DNA of 63,198 bases, taken from positions 1 through 63,198 of IMG/VR virus record IMGVR_UViG_3300045929_000106. The stretch is one strand, 5' to 3'. This document shows, in pieces, positions 36,840 to 45,750 of the stretch. Position 1 is the stretch's first letter. Each line of letters begins with the position of its first letter. The notes under the pieces were generated by a model that saw nothing but the letters and a program-made list of their open reading frames with translations, was not told the DNA's origin and did not search any database. Source of the stretch: a virus. Its lineage: Duplodnaviria; Caudoviricetes. The position numbers were made by a program, and so were the translations under genes.

Positions 36840-37177
36840 TACATTCCTTGCGGGGGCGCTGGAAGCGTCATCGGGTTCTGGGTCATCCCAGTGATCGCGG
36901 GACCAGTGGGACCCATCTCCGGGCCGCCTGCATCGGCTCCTTGGGGGCTCATCATCATGCGCAGTTGCGAGATCGCCTGCGCGGCCACGGGGACGAAGCT
37001 CGGCATGGACATGGCGAGCATCTTGTACCCGGTTTCGATCATGCGCACCGCTTCCAGGGCTGGCGGGAGCCCGCCCGAGAACGCGGAGGTCAGGTCAGGT
37101 TCGGCGCTGCCCCGAGACGCGGCGTCGGCGGCGTTCTCGTGGATCTCGTCGGGCAGAGGCGGTAACGAGGTCGGCAT
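36839..37177 (-). CDS. Hypothetical head-module protein
   Basis: Coupled to the scaffold gene. Confidence 0.55.
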   Translation of the reverse strand: MPTSLPPLPDEIHENAADAASRGSAEPDLTSAFSGGLPPALEAVRMIETGYKMLAMSMPSFVPVAAQAISQLRMMMSPQGADAGGPEMGPTGPAITGMTQNPMTLPAPPQGM

Positions 37178-37261
37178 TTTGTAACAGGGATAACGCGGGC
37201 GGGAAAGGGGGCCAAAGTTACAGCGGGAGGGGCAGTTAAAGATAAACCAGGAGAGCCGGGA

Positions 37262-38170
37262 TTATTTTTTGGGGGGCGGGGGCAACTGGCGGAGAGCCTT
37301 ACGTTGCGCCTGCCTCATCGCAATGTCCAACAAATCGGGGTCCACCTGATGAACCCACTTCGTCCACTGCTCAGGCGTCAGCGTATTCAGGCGGCGCTCC
37401 AGACCTTGCAGCGCACCTTGAGCGCCCCGATAATCGCCCTGACCAATTTTGATGGCGGCGTCATTCGCAAGCAGTTGAGCGGTGTTGAATACCGGAATCT
37501 GCTGGTGCTCTGCTACATACGAGCCAAGAGCGTCCTGCACCTTCTGCCGATATTCATCAACTGGCACGTTATAGTAACGCGCATTGTTTGCGATATTTTC
37601 TTCCACTTCTCTGCCAAAGCCGTATTCGCTCTTCAGCCGCCGCAGCATGTTGGCAACCTTCTCGCCAACAAACTCACGCCCGCCCGTATCCCAAGTAGGA
37701 GCTTCCGCGATACGATGCGTCAAATCGCCAGTATGCTCAACGGCAGGGTTGAGAACGCCACCACCATAAGCCCGCTGAACTCTCAGCATCGCGTCCTCTG
37801 GCAATCCGCGCTGCGCTTCCGCCACCTTCTGGGTAAAGAGTTGCTTCAACAGCGCTGGATCTTTAGCCAGTTTCTCAAGAGCTGGGGTTGTAGGTGTCTT
37901 TACCACGCCTTGCATCACTCTCGGATCGGGGTTGTCAAAGGGGCTAAGGAAGGCTTCCAGCGCCGCTGGAGCCAGATTCCTAAATGTCATCATAGCAGGG
38001 CCACCCAGCGCAGCCGTACCTAGAGTGAAAGCGGGCATCATGCCATACCGCAGCAGAGCGTCCCCGGCTTCTGGGCTGGTGTCGAGCGGCTGACCGGCGG
38101 GAGCGGGAGGAAACGGTTGCGGCGGCCCCGGCAACTGGCGCTGGCTCCGGCCTGTAAGGGCGGGGAACAC
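37262..38170 (-). CDS. Hypothetical (probable virion cargo) protein
   Basis: 302-aa ORF, lower GC. Confidence 0.55.
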   Translation of the reverse strand: MFPALTGRSQRQLPGPPQPFPPAPAGQPLDTSPEAGDALLRYGMMPAFTLGTAALGGPAMMTFRNLAPAALEAFLSPFDNPDPRVMQGVVKTPTTPALEKLAKDPALLKQLFTQKVAEAQRGLPEDAMLRVQRAYGGGVLNPAVEHTGDLTHRIAEAPTWDTGGREFVGEKVANMLRRLKSEYGFGREVEENIANNARYYNVPVDEYRQKVQDALGSYVAEHQQIPVFNTAQLLANDAAIKIGQGDYRGAQGALQGLERRLNTLTPEQWTKWVHQVDPDLLDIAMRQAQRKALRQLPPPPKK

Positions 38171-39051
38171 TACTTGCCTTTCTTGGGCGCTTTGGCGGGC
38201 GGCCCGTGCCAGTACACCGTCCTGCGATTAGGCTCATAGTAGAGCCGGTCGTACAGCTCAAAGGGCTTGCCGAAGCGCCCCTGCTGGCCCTCTACGGAAT
38301 TCTTGTCCAGGTCCCAGCGGTCATAGTAGGAGTAGTAGGGCAGCTCGATGGCCGGATCGAAACCCTTACCGATGGTGTACTGGCCCATGACTTGACCAGC
38401 AATATCCTTATTGATCCTCTGCTTTGCAGCCTCCTCCAACTCCTGCAATGCGGCCCAGGCATAGCCGGGTTGATCCATGCGTTCGCTGTACTTCAGATCA
38501 AGACCGCCAAAGATTCCTTCCCGCGCCCCTTGAGCTATCACGGGCCAGAGATCGCGAAGACGGTAATAAAGCTGATTGGGGTCCTTGGCGCTAGAAGGTT
38601 GATAGGGCGAGACAGCAAAGGTGCCATGCTGCTGCGGCATCCCCATGTACATCCTCCAAGCATCATACCGCTCAGGAGCCTCTTCTTCAGTGCGCCCCGT
38701 ATTTCCCTCGCTATAGTGAAACGGGCTGATGACCTTATACAAAACCTTATTAGTTACTGGATGCTTGGCGCGCTGTCCTTGCAGAATACCCTGGTCCGCA
38801 AGTTGCTGGGCCGCCTCATAGTAGCGCTGGCGGAACTCCGGCGTTCCTCCGTAGGGCGGCGGAGTGATAGCCGCCGGATCGGGAGCCCAGGAGCGCCAGT
38901 CGGAGCCCATGCGCTGAAAGAACTGCTGCAACGGCTGGTCGCGCTCCCAGTTAAACCGGTCGAAGCTTATGCTTTTGCCAGGAGGCGGAGGCAGACGCGG
39001 AACATCCTTCCCGGTCAGCTCCTGAATCCAACCACGCGGGAGATCCGCCAC
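38170..39051 (-). CDS. Hypothetical (probable virion cargo) protein
   Basis: 293 aa; YYSYYDRWDL...GKPFELYDRLYY motif. Confidence 0.55.
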   Translation of the reverse strand: MADLPRGWIQELTGKDVPRLPPPPGKSISFDRFNWERDQPLQQFFQRMGSDWRSWAPDPAAITPPPYGGTPEFRQRYYEAAQQLADQGILQGQRAKHPVTNKVLYKVISPFHYSEGNTGRTEEEAPERYDAWRMYMGMPQQHGTFAVSPYQPSSAKDPNQLYYRLRDLWPVIAQGAREGIFGGLDLKYSERMDQPGYAWAALQELEEAAKQRINKDIAGQVMGQYTIGKGFDPAIELPYYSYYDRWDLDKNSVEGQQGRFGKPFELYDRLYYEPNRRTVYWHGPPAKAPKKGK

Positions 39052-41010
39052 TTAGCTCTCCTTCACCGTGACGCGCGGGGGCTCCTGGCCAGAAGCCTTT
39101 CTCCCGGCTGCGTTCACGTCCCCGCTGAGCCCGAGCTGCTGCATGTACAGGAGGCGCTCCGGTATGGTGCGCACGTTGTCGGGGAGCACGCCTATATTCG
39201 GAATCCCCAATATCTCCCACAGGGTGAAGATGTCCATCCAGCCCGCGCGCGTGAGCTGGAGGTAGATCATCTTCTGCTCCACCTGGGCGCTATTCAGCCA
39301 GCTACCGGGAGAGATCTTAAAGGCGAACCGGCGCAGGAACTCCTTGGCGCGGTCCCAGCGCGGCATGGGGCCCCGCAACAGAGCCTCTGGCGTAATCCCG
39401 CCGTGTTGGTCATAATCGGCGTCATGGACATAGTCTGGCAGCATGCTACCGGGATCGAAGTCAAAGTCATCCTGAACTACGCCGCCGGGGCCCAGCTCGG
39501 TGACTCGCATCGGCAGTGTATAGAACTGGCTGAAATTGTAGGCGAGCTGCATCGCCAACTCTCGCGTGAAGGCTTCCAGTATGCGGGACCGGAAGCGAAT
39601 GGCGGGCGACATGCTGTGGAGGATCGCCTCAACACTATCGTTAGAGGGAACCTGCTTCAAGGTCATCAACTGGGAGAGATCTACTACGCCGCTTAACTCC
39701 TTCATCTCGTCCTGAATCCACTTGACGTGCTCCCACAGAGACTGGTCGAGCGGCGGCGGGTTGACAATCTGGATGCCCTTGCCCGCGAGCGGGTTCTGGT
39801 AGATCTTCCAGCCGCTCCTTCTCGTGTCGAACGTCTGGAACTCGCTTCTCGACACCGAGTTCTTGTCATGGATACTCCCAGGTTGCGCCACCTGCGCGGC
39901 ATGGTCATCGATCACACGGAGGAGGCCGTTCAAGGCCTTCTGCAGGGACAGGAGGTCCCAGACCGGCGCTTTGCCGAGCCAGCTCCAGGGGTAGGGCTGC
40001 AGGGTCAGCTTCAGGATCGGAAAGTGGCCGTGCCAGTAGTAACTGGGGCCGTCGTAGATCATCTGGGTCCCGCACCAGACCAGCATGCGCCGGTTGGGGT
40101 AGAGGGGGTCGCCCACTTTTACTTCGTAGGACCAGTTGTTGGCGGGCTTGCCGTCCTCCCACTCGCCCATGAAGATGGACTCATTGTTGAACTTCTCCCG
40201 CATGTCCTTGCGGGTGTTGCGCCGGTCATCCTTCAGGTAGCAGGTGTAGAGAGTTACTGTCGGAATCCTGGGAAGCTCGTCGCCGGTCTTGGCCCCCTTG
40301 CGGAAGGCCCAGATAGGCGAGATCACATCGGCGGCGGAGTCGCGCATCTTGCTGAGCCAGGAGGTGACCGAGCCGTCCTCCTCCGACTTCACGTCCAGGC
40401 CGTACTTGTCGCGGACGTAGTTGACCGGGACCTTGCGCTTGACGATGATACCCAGGCAGGACTCGCAGCTCTCGTTGCCGAGCGGGCGGATCGGCAGGAC
40501 GTTGCGCGGGTCCTCCGCGCAGGCCTCGATGTCGCCCAGCTCCGGCGACCAGTAGAGGTGGAGGAAGCCGGTGCCGCCCACCACGTAATACTTGATGGCG
40601 TCTGCCAAACGCAGGTCGATGGAGCGGCGCTGATACCAGAAGGTCGCCAATTTGCCGTAGATCGAGGCATGCTGCTCGAAACGCCGGTTGGCCACCGAGT
40701 AGTCCCAGAAGGGCCGGGTGTCCGTCATCAGGGCCGCGAGGTCTTCCGCGATTTTGGACACCCGGTTGGTGCGGGTGCCCGAGAGCGAAGACTTCACGTC
40801 CGCTTTGGCCGTCTCGTCCTGGCTCATCACGGCGTCGATGGCGGGGCCGATTTGGCTGTAACCGGGCTGCGCCGCGAGAAAGCTCTCGGCCTCGTGCACC
40901 GCCTCCGTCAGCCAAGCGATGGTGGGGTCGCCAATGGTGTTCTGCTCCTGGCCGCTGACCGGGTCGACCGGCAGACGCGGAGGAGTCGGAGGACCGGCGA
41001 CAACACTCAT
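39052..41010 (-). CDS. Portal protein
   Basis: ~652 aa from ATG 41010; GTGFLHLYW, DPRNVLP, YDGPSYYWHGHFP, WLGKAPVWDLLSLQKALN portal-like motifs; synteny. Confidence 0.8.
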   Translation of the reverse strand: MSVVAGPPTPPRLPVDPVSGQEQNTIGDPTIAWLTEAVHEAESFLAAQPGYSQIGPAIDAVMSQDETAKADVKSSLSGTRTNRVSKIAEDLAALMTDTRPFWDYSVANRRFEQHASIYGKLATFWYQRRSIDLRLADAIKYYVVGGTGFLHLYWSPELGDIEACAEDPRNVLPIRPLGNESCESCLGIIVKRKVPVNYVRDKYGLDVKSEEDGSVTSWLSKMRDSAADVISPIWAFRKGAKTGDELPRIPTVTLYTCYLKDDRRNTRKDMREKFNNESIFMGEWEDGKPANNWSYEVKVGDPLYPNRRMLVWCGTQMIYDGPSYYWHGHFPILKLTLQPYPWSWLGKAPVWDLLSLQKALNGLLRVIDDHAAQVAQPGSIHDKNSVSRSEFQTFDTRRSGWKIYQNPLAGKGIQIVNPPPLDQSLWEHVKWIQDEMKELSGVVDLSQLMTLKQVPSNDSVEAILHSMSPAIRFRSRILEAFTRELAMQLAYNFSQFYTLPMRVTELGPGGVVQDDFDFDPGSMLPDYVHDADYDQHGGITPEALLRGPMPRWDRAKEFLRRFAFKISPGSWLNSAQVEQKMIYLQLTRAGWMDIFTLWEILGIPNIGVLPDNVRTIPERLLYMQQLGLSGDVNAAGRKASGQEPPRVTVKES

Positions 41011-41064
41011 GCGGACATGGTATGGTCCTGGACTTGGCCGTCTGGACTTGCACCCCGAGCGTAA

Positions 41065-42285
41065 GTGAACCAACTCCGGCTGACGGTCTATCCTGCGGGA
41101 ATCATGGCGTCGACACCAACCACGATTCCGCTCACCGGCACGCTCACCAGGGACGGCGACAAGTTCAGCGTGACCATCAGCGGGGAAGGGCTGCCGGTGC
41201 CGCCGGAACCCGAGCCGCCGGAGCCGGAGCCGCCCGAGGGCAAGGTGATCGTGCCCACCGGCGGGGACGACACGGGCTTCCTGCAGGGAGAGCTGAACGC
41301 GCTCGCGGACGGCGAGACGCTCATCCTGTCGGGCATGTTCAAGGTCTCGGACACGCTTTGGCTGCGCGGGTACGCCAAGGAGCTGCACGCGGACCCGGCC
41401 AAGCCTTCCGGGTTCTTGTCCTCCAGGGGCGGCCTCTGGAGCGGCCCATATGGGTCGCTTCTGTGCGTCGAGGGGGATGCGGCGAGGATACGGGGCCTGG
41501 AGTTCAACGGCCAGGGCAACCCCACCGAGATGGTGTTCTTCAACCACGGCGCGGACCACGAGATCGCGGACTGCTTTTGTCACGATATTGCGGTCAACAT
41601 GACCGGGCCGCCCTGCGCCGCGATTCACTCCGAGGCGACGGTGGGGCTGCGGGTCCGGCGCAACCGGGTGGAGCGCACCGGAGGAGTCGTAGGGGACCAG
41701 GGCGTGCGCGGGATCTGGCTGCCCACCCGGAGCGACACGCTGGTCGAAGGCAACACGGTGAAAGACACCGGACACACGGGGATTGCGGTTGAGGGGAACG
41801 GGATGATCGTGCGCGGAAATGTGGTCGAGGGGCCAATCCAGGGGACGTGCTTCAAGATTTGCTACCGGGTGATGGTGTCGCGGCGGCGGGATGTGGCTGC
41901 GGTCTATTTCGAGCAGAATACGGCGAAACGGAGCCAGCAGGGCGCGGGGCTCATGCTTCAGGACATGGCGAACCTGCCGCTGATTTCGATTGAGGGGAAC
42001 GAGTTCAGAGACTGCGGCCCAGCGGGGACCACATTCGGGGCGCTCTACTGTTCGACGCCAGCCAGGAACATCCGCTTCAAGGGGAACAAGGTGGCGAACT
42101 GCCGGAGCCTGGGCGGCCTGCTGTACGTGACCAACTCGATTTTCGAGGACACCACGTTTGAGGGCGGCAGCTCGGTCCTGCACCTGGAGAGGGACTGCAG
42201 CTACATCACGCTTACCCGGAGCGGCAGCGCGAGCGTCGGACCCGGCTGCCATCACATCACGGTGGACGGGCAGCCAGCGCGATAA
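41065..42285 (+). CDS. Right-handed parallel beta-helix protein (pectate-lyase-like)
   Basis: GGDDTGFLQGELNAL start motif; repeated VRRNRV/VEGNTV/VRGNVV/IEGNEF/FKGNKV; antisense to its operon. Confidence 0.7.
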   Translation: MNQLRLTVYPAGIMASTPTTIPLTGTLTRDGDKFSVTISGEGLPVPPEPEPPEPEPPEGKVIVPTGGDDTGFLQGELNALADGETLILSGMFKVSDTLWLRGYAKELHADPAKPSGFLSSRGGLWSGPYGSLLCVEGDAARIRGLEFNGQGNPTEMVFFNHGADHEIADCFCHDIAVNMTGPPCAAIHSEATVGLRVRRNRVERTGGVVGDQGVRGIWLPTRSDTLVEGNTVKDTGHTGIAVEGNGMIVRGNVVEGPIQGTCFKICYRVMVSRRRDVAAVYFEQNTAKRSQQGAGLMLQDMANLPLISIEGNEFRDCGPAGTTFGALYCSTPARNIRFKGNKVANCRSLGGLLYVTNSIFEDTTFEGGSSVLHLERDCSYITLTRSGSASVGPGCHHITVDGQPAR

Positions 42286-42390
42286 GTCGCGTGACGCAAC
42301 TCAACAGGGACTCTAAGTATTCGGGAGAAGCGGCTGAAAACGCAGGCCTATGAGAAATCTAAAGCGCCACTTTAGATATGTCACGGGACT

Positions 42391-42735
42391 TTAGCCGCTG
42401 TTGGTGTCCTTGTCGGCCTTGGCGGAATTCTGATCGTAGTTGGAGCGCTCGTGAATCAGCCCGGTCTCCTTCTCCACCCTGCGGACGGCGGAGACGGTGT
42501 CGAGAGTCTCGCGGACGTAACCGGCGGCCTCCAGCTTGGGGTGCATGGGCCGGTCTGCTCGGCCAGGGACTTTCACGCTGCCGTCAGGCGCGCGGTAGAC
42601 CACCACTTTCTCGCTCTGATGAATGGCGGAATCCCCGCTCCAGAAAGTTCCTTTCAGCTCATGGCCTAGACCGGCGCAGGCGAAGGGCCAGTCTCCGATG
42701 TCGATGTGTTTGCCGCAGTCGGGGCAGATGTCCAT
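42391..42735 (-). CDS. Zn-ribbon (FmdB-like) small protein
   Basis: CPDC...WPFAC...H. Confidence 0.55.
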   Translation of the reverse strand: MDICPDCGKHIDIGDWPFACAGLGHELKGTFWSGDSAIHQSEKVVVYRAPDGSVKVPGRADRPMHPKLEAAGYVRETLDTVSAVRRVEKETGLIHERSNYDQNSAKADKDTNSG

Positions 42736-42737
42736 GG

Positions 42738-43028
42738 TCACCATCCGACATAATCGTGGAGCTGCTTGACGATCACTTCGCTCAGCCACTTGGGAAAGTT
42801 CGGCTTGTCCAGGCAGCGCGATTTCAGGCGCTCCAGCAAGCGCGGCTCCAGCACAACCTCCGCGCCTTCGATGGAGAGGGAGTTGAGCGCCGCGATGGCC
42901 GCGAGGAGCTGCTCCTTGTCCATGACGTTGCGGCGCAGACGGGCCGAGAGGAGCGCCATGTCCTCCACGGTAAGGATCACCGCCGGGTCCTGCGCGGCTA
43001 CCTTGCGCGGTTTAATTGTTGGAGTCAT
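42738..43028 (-). CDS. Hypothetical protein
   Basis: Coupled ORF. Confidence 0.55.
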   Translation of the reverse strand: MTPTIKPRKVAAQDPAVILTVEDMALLSARLRRNVMDKEQLLAAIAALNSLSIEGAEVVLEPRLLERLKSRCLDKPNFPKWLSEVIVKQLHDYVGW

Positions 43029-43246
43029 TCCTTCTTTCCTTTGTAGTGCAGGCGCACCACGTTGTAGAAATACTTGCCGGGAGAATCGGCGGTGGTCAAG
43101 CCTTCGTACACCTGCATGGGGACGCCGGTGAACGTGTAGGCGTTGCCGTTCTTGAACGTCACCTTCAACTCCCGCTGATCGGGGTCGTATGCGGCTTCCA
43201 CAACGTGTCCGCTCTTCCTGATCTTGTACTCCAGAAGTTTAGACAT
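43025..43246 (-). CDS. KTSC-domain protein
   Basis: AYDPDQRELKVTFKNGNAYTFTGVP...L..ADSPGKYF signature. Confidence 0.9.
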   Translation of the reverse strand: MSKLLEYKIRKSGHVVEAAYDPDQRELKVTFKNGNAYTFTGVPMQVYEGLTTADSPGKYFYNVVRLHYKGKKE

Positions 43247-44070
43247 TAGAGCCTATCAAATACAGAATTCCACCCGGAATGGATTTCGTCCAGGGTCATG
43301 TCGGAGGCCTGCGGGTCGAACACGTCTGCCGCCGTCACCTTCTCGGTCACCCGGTCCAGGTTGATCGTCCACGAGTTCGCCACCCAGAGCGCGAGGTTGA
43401 AGGCGCGCACCCGGTCATCGTGGCCGCCGGGGTTCTCCGCGTAATCCTTCTCCAGGTTCATGCGGCAGTCCGCGTACTCCTCCGCCAGCCAGGGCGAGCG
43501 CACCACGCAGTTCTGGAGCACCAGATGGCGGGAGGCCTTCACCCAGAGGTCGCGGTTGGTCCTGGGACTCGCGTGCCAGCCCATGGCCTTGGTGGGAGTC
43601 GCCGGGGTGTCGCCGTAATACTCCCAGCGGAAGTGGTTGAAGTAGCCCAGCTCCAGGCAGGTTTGCAGGGTGCCCGCGCCGGGGCCGGGGAAGACCTCGA
43701 TGATCACCTTGCACTGCTCTTCGTCAGCGCCCGCGTAGAGGCGGCCCAGCGAGTTGATCACGTAGCCGAGGTCGAAGGCGTCGACGGGCGCGGCATACTC
43801 GCACACCTGCACGTCCTTGTTGCCGTCTTTCCCCACCTTGATGATCTCAATGGCCCCGTTGTCGGTCTTGGCGTCCTCCTTCACGCGGGCGAAGCGGTTC
43901 CAGCCGGTGCGGCCCACCGTGGGGTCGCAGCCGAGCACGTAGGTGGCGCTCTTGATCGGGGGCTCCCACATCCAGACGATGCCGCGCGGGTCGCCGTCGA
44001 ACTCGCGGGGCTCCAGCTTCTCCAGGCGGCTGCTCCGGCCCACGGTGAAGACTTCGGGGAAAGCGCTCAT
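43246..44070 (-). CDS. Terminase large subunit, nuclease domain (separate gene)
   Basis: YVLGCDPTVG, D-N-G-A-I, VIIEV, HDDRVRAFNLAL RNase H-like motifs. Confidence 0.8.
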   Translation of the reverse strand: MSAFPEVFTVGRSSRLEKLEPREFDGDPRGIVWMWEPPIKSATYVLGCDPTVGRTGWNRFARVKEDAKTDNGAIEIIKVGKDGNKDVQVCEYAAPVDAFDLGYVINSLGRLYAGADEEQCKVIIEVFPGPGAGTLQTCLELGYFNHFRWEYYGDTPATPTKAMGWHASPRTNRDLWVKASRHLVLQNCVVRSPWLAEEYADCRMNLEKDYAENPGGHDDRVRAFNLALWVANSWTINLDRVTEKVTAADVFDPQASDMTLDEIHSGWNSVFDRL

Positions 44071-44312
44071 TCCTTGTCGCAGCCTATCAGCGCGCTGGCG
44101 ATTCGCCCATACTGATCGATACGAACCTCGATATCGAGCCCGTCCCGGTGCACCTCCAACTGGATGCCGCCATCATTACAGGGAACCACCGCAAACCCCA
44201 GGAGCGTGGCGCAGGCTTCTTGCGTGGGCGGCTTAGCGTCATAGCTATCCCACCCCGGCTTCAACGAGGTCAGCCGCTGCACCCAATCGTCACAAAGCAG
44301 CGGCGCGCTCAT
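44067..44312 (-). CDS. Small hypothetical protein between the terminase halves
   Basis: 81 aa, LxxLxPGWDSYDAKPP...PxxDGGIQLE; ATGA-coupled at both ends. Confidence 0.65.
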   Translation of the reverse strand: MSAPLLCDDWVQRLTSLKPGWDSYDAKPPTQEACATLLGFAVVPCNDGGIQLEVHRDGLDIEVRIDQYGRIASALIGCDKE

Positions 44313-45538
44313 GCCACCCTCCGCGCGATTTCGACGTTGTACGGCATCCCGTTGAGCGCCGTGCTCCGCATCCACTCCACAGTCTCCAACGGGAGCGCCG
44401 AGCGGGTCGAGTGCTGGAAGGACTGTTCCGGCGTGGCGCAGTAGTTCGACAGGAAGATGTGGAGGGACCCCTCCTTGCGGTATTGCTGATACTCCGTCTC
44501 CCACCAGTAGAGCTGGTCGCGCTTCAGCCGCACGGTAGTCCCGCAGAACTCCGGCGAGGTGCGCTGCACCAGATCGGCGTGGTCCTCCGTCACCTGATTC
44601 GGACGCCAGTCGTCGGGGGCCGCGCGCCGGTATTTCTTCTTCTCGATGTACCAGGGCGTGAAAATGTAGGTCCACGCGGCGAAGCCTTCCTCCTTCTTGC
44701 GGACGGACTCCGTGAACGAGTGCCAGAAGTTGCCGCGCCCGTTGGCCGTGCTCTCGAAAGCAACGAACGCCGTGGGGGCCTGCGGGACCGCCGGGAGGAA
44801 GTCGAACTTCAGTCTGTCCGCGTAGTCCCAGAGGGCCACCTCCGTCATGTGGCTGACATCGAACTGCTGGCCGGTGCCCACGCCCGCCTTCTGGTTCGAC
44901 TGCTGGTAGGTAAGACGCGACTTCAGGTTGGAGAAGCTCATGTGGGAGTCCTTCACGTCGAACTCCGTGACCGGCAGCAGGAACGGCGGCAGGTTCTCCA
45001 GAATGGTTTTGTCGCGCACGTACAGCTCGTGCACCTTGTCGATGTCGAGACTCCCGGCGATAGAGCGGGTGTTCCTCCAGAGAAGCATGCGGTGCATGTT
45101 GATCAGGCGCATGATGGCGGTGGCTCCCAGTTGCCGAGACTTGTGCCAGATCGTCAACAGGCCGTCCGAGAAGCCGTGCTTCTCATACTGCCGCCACATC
45201 TCCTCTTCACGTTTACCTATTAGCTCCAGCGCCCTTTCCTGACTCGTCCAGAATTTCATGGGGCCCACGCCGCCGCCGCACGAGGCGTCCAGGTCGATGT
45301 TGCCGTAGCGCTCGGCAAAATACCTGAAGTCGTAGCGGCAGAGGATCAGCTCGTTGCGGACGAAAGCGCGCTCCTCCGTGGTGAGGGCCCGCCTGTAGTC
45401 ACCGGTCTTGGAGTCGATCAGGTCGCGCAGGCGCGCGGACACGTCGATGCACTTGCCTATCGGGTGGCGCTCCAGGGTGAGGTTGTTCTGGCGCTGCTTG
45501 CGCTGCAGGTTTTTGTCGACCACCAACGGGGAATACAT
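44309..45538 (-). CDS. Terminase large subunit, ATPase domain (separate gene)
   Basis: HKSRQLGAT Walker A variant, HMTEVALW Walker B, FESTANG coupling motif. Confidence 0.85.
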   Translation of the reverse strand: MYSPLVVDKNLQRKQRQNNLTLERHPIGKCIDVSARLRDLIDSKTGDYRRALTTEERAFVRNELILCRYDFRYFAERYGNIDLDASCGGGVGPMKFWTSQERALELIGKREEEMWRQYEKHGFSDGLLTIWHKSRQLGATAIMRLINMHRMLLWRNTRSIAGSLDIDKVHELYVRDKTILENLPPFLLPVTEFDVKDSHMSFSNLKSRLTYQQSNQKAGVGTGQQFDVSHMTEVALWDYADRLKFDFLPAVPQAPTAFVAFESTANGRGNFWHSFTESVRKKEEGFAAWTYIFTPWYIEKKKYRRAAPDDWRPNQVTEDHADLVQRTSPEFCGTTVRLKRDQLYWWETEYQQYRKEGSLHIFLSNYCATPEQSFQHSTRSALPLETVEWMRSTALNGMPYNVEIARRVA

Positions 45539-45724
45539 TCAGTCCTCCGTCGACCCGTACATCACTTCGACCCGTTCGTTGATCGCGCTGCCGGTGGCGG
45601 TGATGCGCCGAATGCCGCGCGACTCCAGGTCCAGCTCGTAGAGGTCGCGGATCTCCTCCAGGGCGGCGGCGGTGCGCGCCAGCGATTTCACGAAGAGGCG
45701 GATGAGACGTATGGTCGCAAACAT
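45539..45724 (-). CDS. Hypothetical protein
   Basis: 61-aa ORF abutting the TerL start. Confidence 0.55.
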   Translation of the reverse strand: MFATIRLIRLFVKSLARTAAALEEIRDLYELDLESRGIRRITATGSAINERVEVMYGSTED

Positions 45725-45750
45725 AAACTACTGGGAGTCCAAGCGCCGTA

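Noticed and set aside
27351-41064. Many long + strand ORFs (e.g. 679, 752, 496, 445 aa)
   Set aside because: Antisense shadows of high-GC structural genes; no motifs or RBS
41011-42255. 1067-aa portal with a long N-terminal extension
   Set aside because: The extension is the antisense shadow of the + strand beta-helix gene; portal-like sequence begins near ATG 41010
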